A stretch of 55,698 nt of DNA from a virus (taxonomy: Duplodnaviria; Caudoviricetes), in IMG/VR virus record IMGVR_UViG_3300030329_001268, positions 1 through 55,698 of that record; one strand, written 5' to 3'. The notes below the pieces were generated by a model, which searched no databases, was not told the origin of the DNA, and was given only the letters and a program-made list of their open reading frames with translations. Every line of letters starts with the position of its first letter. Within the stretch, counting starts at the first letter, position 1. Below are positions 36,340 through 45,200 of the stretch, one piece after another. Made by a program: the position numbers and the translations under genes.

Positions 36340-37480
36340 ACGTTAGCCTTGATTTTTTTACCTTAGTTTTTTCGGCTCTGCATCTTTTAACATATCTGTC
36401 TTTAGCCTCTTGGTAGTCAGGTCTATCTTCAGGGTTCTGTCTCCATGCAGTTTTTGCTTCTTCCCCTATCTTACCTTCGTAAGGGCATGGAGTACCTGCC
36501 ATATGCATTGCTTTAAAAACTCTAGGATCCTGGCACAATACTCCAACTGCCGCTATTTTCATACCAGTATCATAAAGATATTTAGAAAGTTTTAAACGTT
36601 CACAATTCTCATCTCTTACTGCTTTACCGCCTGAAAGACCAAACACTTGTCCTTGAAACGCACCACTTACACCTGTAGTACAAAGGTCTTGGCTGTAACT
36701 CATAATAGAAGGAGCAATCGCAGAAGCAGGTGGCGCTTTTTGCGTGATATTCTGATTGATAGTCTGTTCAGACTTGCTCTCATTTATGTTCCGATTGGTG
36801 TTGTCAGAAGTACTAGTATTGACGTTATTATTATTGTTTGTATTTTCCGAAGTAACGTTTGACTCGGATGTATTTTTATTTATATTTGTATTTTGATTCG
36901 TGTTGTTGCTAGTACTAGTATTGACGTTATTATTATTGTTTGTATTATTTGATGTTGTATTATTATTGTTTGTGTTAGTCGAATTTACTGTACTAGATAC
37001 AGTTGAATTAGTTGTATTATTATTGGTATTAACACTAGTAGATGAACTAACGTTGTTATTGTTGTTTGTGTTGGTCTGCGTACCAGTTGTCGTAACAGTG
37101 TTGACATTGTTATTATTGTTTGTATTTGTTGCTGTTGAATTGTTAGTGTTTACGTTAGTTGCTGTTGACGTGCTTGTATTTACATTTGTCGTTGAACTAG
37201 TGTTATTATTAGTATTGACATTTGTGTTACTGTTTGTTGCTGTCGTTGTTGTTGTGTTGACATTTGTATTACTATTGGTGTTAACATTTGTATTACTGTT
37301 GGTGTTAACATTTGTATTACTGTTTGTTGTAGTTGTAGTATTTGTTGTATTTAATGAGTTAGCCTCACAATATTCTGTACCTGCTGTACATGTTCCTGTT
37401 TGAGTATCTGCCTTTACAGGAGTACCCAAGAAAAGAGCAGAGAGAAACAATGCTCCTAATAAAATTTTTTGTTTCATCAT
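36311..37480 (-). CDS. Secreted Asn/Thr-repeat protein with a Cys-rich C-terminal domain
   Basis: ATG at 37480 after GGAGG. Signal peptide, about 200 aa of N-x alternation, then an APPASAIAP...C...C...C...CP domain. Confidence 0.8.
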   Translation of the reverse strand: MMKQKILLGALFLSALFLGTPVKADTQTGTCTAGTEYCEANSLNTTNTTTTTNSNTNVNTNSNTNVNTNSNTNVNTTTTTATNSNTNVNTNNNTSSTTNVNTSTSTATNVNTNNSTATNTNNNNNVNTVTTTGTQTNTNNNNNVSSSTSVNTNNNTTNSTVSSTVNSTNTNNNNTTSNNTNNNNNVNTSTSNNTNQNTNINKNTSESNVTSENTNNNNNVNTSTSDNTNRNINESKSEQTINQNITQKAPPASAIAPSIMSYSQDLCTTGVSGAFQGQVFGLSGGKAVRDENCERLKLSKYLYDTGMKIAAVGVLCQDPRVFKAMHMAGTPCPYEGKIGEEAKTAWRQNPEDRPDYQEAKDRYVKRCRAEKTKVKKSRLTCVREFKNQT

Positions 37481-37667
37481 CTGCCCTCCTCTAAGCAAAG
37501 TTGAAATTAACTTAATAAATCAAAATGTATAAGAACATCAAATAGTAAATAAGCAAATAAAAGCCTAAACATAAAACGATACCTAACGACATCGGCTGTT
37601 AAAGTTGCGAGGTCTTCTTTATTTATATGAACCCATTTTCTATAGTTGTCTTGTTCCATTTTATTCA

Positions 37668-38126
37668 CTATTTAATTTTAATTTTGATTGGTTTCTTTTC
37701 TTCAGGAATTTCTTTTTTAAGAAAGATATTTAACATTCCGTCTTTAAAGTTAGCACCTTCAACTACTATATCTTCTGATAAAGTAAATTGTCTTTTAAAA
37801 GAACGTTGTGCTATGCCTTTATGCAGTATCTTATTCTCTTCAATAACATCATTAACAATCTCTTTTGAAGAATCATAAGAAATTGTTAGCGTGTTTTCTT
37901 GGAGTTCTATATTAAGATCTTTCTTTGCTATTCCTGCAAGAGCAATTTCAATTACGAAATTATCTCCGTCTTGTAGCACATTGTATGGCGGATAACTTGG
38001 CAAACTTTTAGAACCTTGAGACATCTGAGAGATGCTGTCAAAAAGATTGTCAAATCCTACAAACAATGATGAAAATATGGGATCTCTAAAATCTACCATA
38101 CCATAAAAGTCATTTTTTCTGACCAT
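37668..38126 (-). CDS. hsp20: Small heat-shock protein (Hsp20, IbpA-like)
   Basis: GFD, YPPYN, IEIALAG, LHKGIAQRSF.RQF.L, GML.I.L and PEEKKP..I.I motifs. Confidence 0.95.
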   Translation of the reverse strand: MVRKNDFYGMVDFRDPIFSSLFVGFDNLFDSISQMSQGSKSLPSYPPYNVLQDGDNFVIEIALAGIAKKDLNIELQENTLTISYDSSKEIVNDVIEENKILHKGIAQRSFKRQFTLSEDIVVEGANFKDGMLNIFLKKEIPEEKKPIKIKIK

Positions 38127-38132
38127 GATTTT

Positions 38133-38150
38133 CTCCTTATTATAAGCAAG
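38133..38150 (-). promoter_or_regulatory. ROSE-like RNA thermometer hairpin over the hsp20 SD
   Basis: CUUGCUUA-UAA-UAAGGAG: the U(U/C)GCU motif pairs with the SD and leaves a bulged G. Confidence 0.6.
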
Positions 38151-38248
38151 ATTAATATTAAAAATATACTCATTAAGAATATATTCAGTTAATGCCTCTC
38201 AGACCTCGTAATGAGCGTTCTAAGAGGACTTTATTAATTAGATAAAGA

Positions 38249-38407
38249 TTATCCCTTTAATCTAAATAATTTTGTTAAATCGTAAAGTTTATCTTTAACT
38301 TTTTCGTAGTACATTTTGCCTTTTGCAACAATGTCACGCATCATGTTTGGCTCACAATGCCACATGATAATCATTAGTATAATAATTAAACTTAATACAA
38401 CAGTCAT
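38249..38407 (-). CDS. Small single-TM protein (52 aa)
   Basis: Manual translation MTVVLSLIIILMIIMWHCEPNMMRDIVAKGKMYYEKVKDKLYDLTKLFRLKG. Confidence 0.55.
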   Translation of the reverse strand: MTVVLSLIIILMIIMWHCEPNMMRDIVAKGKMYYEKVKDKLYDLTKLFRLKG

Positions 38408-38554
38408 TTATTTTTTTCCGCCTTTACCACGTCTAGGAATATAAGGTGATATACCTTCCCAAACTTTAGTAGCGGCTTTCTTTGCTTCACTACGTTTCTT
38501 TAGCATTACATATGCAAAGACAACAATAACAATAGCAATAATAGCATTTTCCAT
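38408..38554 (-). CDS. Small single-TM protein (48 aa)
   Basis: Manual translation MENAIIAIVIVVFAYVMLKKRSEAKKAATKVWEGISPYIPRRGKGGKK. TAATG coupling to the holin. Confidence 0.6.
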   Translation of the reverse strand: MENAIIAIVIVVFAYVMLKKRSEAKKAATKVWEGISPYIPRRGKGGKK

Positions 38555-39033
38555 TATTTATCCTCTTTCTTATTACTTGCACCAAAGTAAAATGACACGA
38601 CAGCACTTGCCAGTCCGCCAAGATAACCTAGTACTAAGTTGATTAATGCCTCACTATTTTGCTCAGGAGGCTGTAGCGTTACTAGGAAGATATATCCTAA
38701 GAATCCACCTAGTACAGCAATACCCATAATGCGTGGTGTCCAGTCTCTACCAAACATCTTACGTGCATCTTGTTTATCTGCTGTTTCTAGCGCAAAAATA
38801 TCAACATCAAGTTCTTTCATTTGCGCTTCAAAACTTAACTCTGCTTTTTTAACTTCTGCTAATTGTTCAGGTGTTGCAGTCTGCATAGCCTTTTCAATTT
38901 CTTTTGGTTTTGTTCCACACCCTAATACACTTGCAATTACATTAGCAGCTTGACCACCTAACGGGCCACCTAGCGCAGAGCCAAGAGTAGGAGCAACTGC
39001 ACCCACTATATTTTTAATCATATTAAATTTCAT
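38554..39033 (-). CDS. Putative holin (3TM, GTA-holin-like)
   Basis: APTLGSALGGPLGG, D..DAR, two C-terminal TM helices and FYFG.S. Confidence 0.7.
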   Translation of the reverse strand: MKFNMIKNIVGAVAPTLGSALGGPLGGQAANVIASVLGCGTKPKEIEKAMQTATPEQLAEVKKAELSFEAQMKELDVDIFALETADKQDARKMFGRDWTPRIMGIAVLGGFLGYIFLVTLQPPEQNSEALINLVLGYLGGLASAVVSFYFGASNKKEDK

Positions 39034-39181
39034 TTAGTGCCTCTTCTAATTGGTTCTCTTCAATTTCCTCATACATTAAACGAAAATGTTCTAAACTCAT
39101 AAAGGATAAATCTTGTCTAATTTGATGCCTTCTATAAATTTCGTATGCATTTCTAAGTTGTTCTTCTGTATATAATATCAT
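39023..39181 (-). CDS. Small hypothetical protein (52 aa)
   Basis: Manual translation MILYTEEQLRNAYEIYRRHQIRQDLSFMSLEHFRLMYEEIEENQLEEALNEI. Confidence 0.55.
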   Translation of the reverse strand: MILYTEEQLRNAYEIYRRHQIRQDLSFMSLEHFRLMYEEIEENQLEEALNEI

Positions 39182-39209
39182 ATTATAGTCCGTATTTCTA
39201 GGCTGTCAA
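39182..39209 (-). promoter_or_regulatory. sigma70-like promoter ahead of the lysis/hsp20 block
   Basis: TTGACA-16 nt-TATAAT. Confidence 0.55.
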
Positions 39210-42200
39210 TCTTTTTTGAATTTTATTTCTAAGTGTGTGTCCGCCTAAATATTTTTGTCTTCTTTGTTGTAGAATATTTACAAAGCCTCCTTGATTCCAT
39301 TTAAACACAGTGCCTGTTCCTTTTTCTTCTACGTTTTTAACTGCTGTATCAGTAAATTCGATAGTAAAATAACCCTCATCAGGCTGATAAAACTCTGGGT
39401 TAAATAATTCATCTTCTGGATCAAAATGTTTTCTTGTTACATTTGCACCCATTCTGTTTGCAATTTTTCTAGCAATCCTTGGAATTTTTACATCATATAA
39501 TAAGCCTTGAAATTTTCCATCCCCATAAACTCTTTTTTCTTTCAAAGGCATTGAGTGATTTACATCAGGCTCTAACGATTTAATATGATTTAAAAAATCT
39601 TTCATTTCTTTAAATCCTAAGTCTTCTTGAATTTGAGAAAACAACTCAGCAGTTTTTCTTGTTAGATACCTTGATGAATTACCTTGTTCTTTAAACGCTT
39701 CTAAGGCATCTACTATTTCTATATAATCAAAAGCCTGTCCTGTAGATATTTTTTCAAGACTATTAGGAACATATGCTTCTCCTGTAACAGAATCTCTTGC
39801 CATTATAGTAAAATCTTTAGCAGAATAATTCTGTTCTACTAATGCTTTTTTTGCTTCAGGAGGTGTTCTTCTAATAATAAACTCGTCTGTCATAAAGTAA
39901 TCTTTACCCCACCTAGCAGCAATATTAGAGCCTCTATTAAATACTACATATTGTTGTCCCTCATTTAAAGCCATTTCTATTGCTGTTTGTATTCCTTTGG
40001 CTATCCATTCATCGTTTGAAAAAGGAAGATAAGCATATTTTGCACCTGCCGAATTATCTCCTTCAAGAATGTCTGTATATTGTAGTTGTTTCTGTACTAT
40101 TTTATTTGTCTTTGAAGATATTTTTTTCTTAAATCCACCTACAGTTTCTATGCCAAGACTTGTCAAGTTTTCTACAATATTATCAAATCTTCCTGACGCT
40201 CTTTTATGTGCATTCATTGGGCTAGATGTTTCATCTTTTATCCATTCTTCAAAAATTTCATCACCATCGTAATCAACAATTTCACCCGAACCCCTTTGTT
40301 CTGCTTCAAACCATCCATCTAAGTCTTCTCCCTTTATAGGCTTTGTCCATCTGTTGAGTTGATTCCATTCTTGTGCAGCAATTTCTTTAAGTGCTTTTTC
40401 TAAAGGCATAGAATCATTAATATTAAACGCATCAAGTAAAAAACCAAGCCTGTGATATTGGTTTATTTCAGGCATAAGTCTTTTAGCAAAAGTTTCGTCA
40501 TCTGATGTTATATATGGGCCAGTGGGATTCACTCCTGGTTTGACTCGCTCATTATAAACTAAACCATAACGTAAATATATATATTTTTCCCATTTTGACC
40601 AACCTGAATCTGACTCATGCATCCAAGGCGCTCTTGAAAAACTAGACCATTCTTCACTAACCTCTCCACCTATAGGCATGATTTCTTTTATGCCTTCCAT
40701 TACTTCTTTTTCTACAGTATCTAACTCTCTTATGTCTCGTTGTGTAAGAACTCCTACTGTCTCTGCCTTCTGCCAAAAATCACTTTGAAGTTCATCTACA
40801 AATTTAGCATGAGCCATTTCGTATTCCATGCCCTTTTGTCTTCCAGTTATTAAATATCTATCATTAGTTAGTATATGATATAAATAAGGACTGTCCTCTT
40901 GTAATATTTCAGTATAATGGTTAGGAGGAATCATTCCTTTTAAACTTTGAGGATTGTCTATAGTTACTATAGTTTCTGCATAATTTGATCCTCCTGGTGT
41001 CATCTCATTTTTATGAATTATTTCAAACCCTCCACTGCCTTGAAAACCATACTCTTCAGGATACCATTCTCGTACATATTGTCTTAGTTGTACTTCTGCC
41101 TCTTGAAGATTAACATCCTCTATATATTCTACAACAGCATTCCTAGATCCAAATTCAGCATACTCTTCAGGTCCTGAATAGCCAGTTTTATTTTCATCTA
41201 CTAGAGAAAAGCCTCTTTCTTGATTACCAAAAAGATAAACGTTGTCTAACGTTTTTTGTGCTTCTATTAAACTTTCTTCATGAGCAGCATCCATTGCATC
41301 TTGAGTATTCTGTAAATTATACCTATAGTTTGGATTTTGAGCATATCTAATTCTTGATATATTATCAATAACTAGTTCTCCATAAGGATCATTTATATCA
41401 TGCATGTAATCTTTATATACTTTTTCATAAAACTCTATTGGAATATCATCTATTTTAAATCCTGCTCCTTTTCCTCCAGGACTTCCTTGTAACAAATTAA
41501 AAATTTCACTTATTCCTTCCATAGATTCATTTAGCATTTCTTGTTGACCGCCCAACTGCATCATGGCTTCTTGATGATCACCGCTTTGGGCCGTTCCTCT
41601 GTTTAGAAGTTTAAGGTTTTCTTGAGAATCTGCTATTAATCTATCTATTGTTGCAGCCTTCGTCCCTATTTCGTCAATGTATTGTTCAGAATTAAATTCC
41701 TTTGGAAGGTTTATCTCTTGTATATATTCTAAAATACCTTTTTTATTTTTAACATAGAAAAGATCTATAAGAAAATTTTTGGAATCTAGGCTCAGATTAA
41801 AGTTTTCAGCGACCTCACCTTGTATTCCTTTTTTTACACCTGACCTTTCTACCCTCTCTCTAAGATTAATTACAGTATCTATTATATCTTCACTATCTAT
41901 TATACTATAATCTGTTCCATCAATAGGATCTACTATCTGTGGTCTTGTTGGACGTTGTGAAGGATCAAACCCTTCTACGTCAGCAAAGACAGGTTCTTCA
42001 AATGCCTTGGTTTCTTTAAGAGAAGTCATTTTTAATTGGGGTTGGTTTTCTTTAATCAAATCTAACATTTCATATTTATCCATGTTAGATACATCCGTTT
42101 CTTTATTATAAAATATATTATCTATCCATTCTTTTTCTGTTTTACTTACAGCCTGTTTTCTTTTAGGACTGTATACATAATCTATTAATGCTTGACCTTT

Positions 42201-45200
42201 TAAATTTTCAGGTGCGCCTTCTAAAGTAGTCGCTGCTTTCATAGTTAATCCTTCTATATGCTTTACTCTGTCGTCTTCAATAAAACCTTTTCTTTTTTCT
42301 GAAAGTATTCTTTTTGTTTCTAAATCACTTAGCGTACCGCCATGTATTTCATCCATATCCGCAGTATCTAAAAAGTCTGTTTCTTTCTGTCTTTTTAATA
42401 GGTTTTTTAATATAGGATTAACAACAACACCTGCTCCTGCAAAACCAAGCCTTTCCATTTCTTGTTCATAAGGCATTCCTGTATATTTATTAATCATTTC
42501 TGAAGGTTCTATTTTTACATTAGAAACAGGAAAAGTATCAGAGATTTTACCCCCTTCAAATTTTTTCAGCCTGTCACTTGCTTTTCCTCTTATGGCTCTC
42601 ATAGCCTTTTCCATATTTAAACTAGGCGCTCTTCCGTCATCTATTACAGGAAGTTTTCTAAATTGATCTTCATAAGCAACTAGTATTCTTAAAAATTGTT
42701 GAGGTGTTGTGTGTTCAAACTTTAATTCTTGTACAATTCTTTCTTTCATTTTATCTGAAATACCTAAAGGAACATACATATTACTATTTAAAGAAGCCCT
42801 TTCTTCTTCTGTTATTCTTCCTGTATCTTCCATATACATTTCTAAAATATCATTTACTTTACCAATAGGCATTCCTGATTTAAATTCATCTCTATATAAA
42901 TTTATAGCGCCTTGATGAGCCAAGGAAAGAGTCTGATAATTAAAGTAATTATTTTTTTCTGCTTTTAAATATGCTTCAAGAAACTTTAATTCAGTCGTAT
43001 CTTTATTAATATTCTTTCCTATTTGTCTTTTAAACTCTTTATTGTTTGATGTATATCTTGAAAGTTTTGACACCAAAGAATTTTCTACATATTGTGGAGT
43101 TACTTTCTTCCATCTCAAGCCTGTAAAGTTTGCTATGAGTTCTGCTGTAGGATCAAGTTCTTGCCCTGAAGCAAGTACAGGATCGTCTGAGAAAGATTTA
43201 AATAATTTATCTAATTGTGGTGCAGCGCCCGGAACAAAAGATTTCATAACATGATAAATAGCCATTTGACTATTGTTAATTGATTTTTCTGCTAAGTCTC
43301 CTCCTTCAGAACTATCCCAACCATCAATCTTATCTCCGTGTTCAGTACTTCCTGCCATTGCTTTTCTTACATCTGTAATGGCTTCTGTTAATAATGCTTC
43401 ACTTGCAAAAGGTTCTAAAAATCTACTTATTCCTTCATAGGCTGCATTACCTATTATCTCTTGCATTTCTTTTTCAGTTTTATTTCCGTCTGCAAGTTCC
43501 ATTGCAGCAACTCTTATTGGCTCTTTTATAGTATCATAAGGATCTACATAACTAAAATTATTAACATACAAAACACCTTCAGAATCTCTATAGTATAAAC
43601 GTTTTGTATATTTAGCATAGTCTGCTTCTAATAGATGTCTAATTGCATCGTCTGTGTTATCGTCTGTTCCTGACATCATTTGTGTAGCACCACCTAACAT
43701 TTCTGATCCCAGTCCTGCTGAAACAGTCATCCCTGCCATTCGTTGATAACCTCTTCGTCTTATTACAGGATTATCAGACATTATTTCTTTTGCCCCAATA
43801 TGTAGAGCATGATAACTAGTTCTTACCATTTCAGCAGGGAAAGAAAAGAAATTACCTAAAGGAAGTTTTCTTAGCCATTTAATTCCTGGAGGAACTAAGT
43901 CATAGTTAGGAATAGTCATTCTTACTTTAAATGCTGCTTCAGCGTCAATGGCTGCTTGACTATAATTAGGGCCATATGCTGATCTTAAAGTTTTAATTTC
44001 TTTTTCAAAAGCAGCAATTTTAAATAAGTCATCTTCTGCAATGTACAGTTTTTGTACTTGTTGAGGTATTTTAGAAAGTTTAGAATCTGTTAATCTGCTT
44101 GTTACTCCTTCAATACCAAACTGTTCAGCATCATTTATAAGCGCTCTATAGTCTCCAACTTTTGCACTTGTATTAACAATACCAAGACTATGGTATCTTT
44201 CATACCTAGCAATTTTTTCTGCATCATTTTCTTTTACTAGAAATTTAAAAGCGTCTACATTTTCTTCAGAAAAAGGATTCATTCCATTTGCTAACATAAA
44301 CATAGCACCGCCCATAGTATTTCTTAAATGAGTAATGTGATTAAACACTGTTTTAGAGGCTTGAGCATATCCTTTGCCTTGTAAATAATATCCGTAGGCT
44401 TTCATCATATTACTTTTCCAACGAGGCTGTTCTCTAAATATTCTATGTACACCTTTAGTAGTCCATTTTCCAGTCAATGCTCCCATTTTAGGATCAGTAA
44501 TTTGTTTCATTCCGGGCTGTCTTGTACTATGAAAATATATTCCTTTTCCTAATTCCCAAGCATTTGTCATAAACCTGTCTGTTTCTATAGCATCTGAAAG
44601 TTTTGTTAAAGATGTAAATACATTTCCTCTAACATCATCTGTTCTTCCAAGTAACTGTTGTACTTCTTTAGGAAAATCTTTTCTTGCTTTCATTGATCCT
44701 GTTAATCTTCCATGTATTTTTTCTACATATTGAAAAACATTTTCAGCTGCTTCTTTATCTCCTACAATGCCTTCAACTGTTGCTTTAGCATTTTTTGATA
44801 TAGCCTCATCTACAGGAGTACGCACTCCGTCTAATTCAATAACATTTTTACCTTGGTATTTTGTTATTTCAAATTTTTGACCATCAAGAGTTAAGAATCT
44901 TTTATTTAAATCTTTATCCACACTAATATTTTTTCTTATTTCTTTTTCAAAATAAGTTTGTGCTTCTAGTATGTGTTCTAAAGGAGGCTTATATCCTGTG
45001 CTGTATTTTAACCACGATCTTCTAAGGTACTTTCCTAAGTTGCTACCAATAACTTCTTTTACTTCATCAGGAACATACTCACTTTGCATATATAGTTTAC
45101 TTAACTCGTCTTGTTGATTACGAATTGCGAGTGCGTCTTTTTGTAAACTTTTAGGAAGATCTTTAAGTTCTACTTTATAAGGTGCAAAATCAGGATCTAA

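Noticed and set aside
37512-37659. Tiny ORFs (25-26 aa) between hsp20 and the secreted cassette
   Set aside because: Too short and without a clear RBS.
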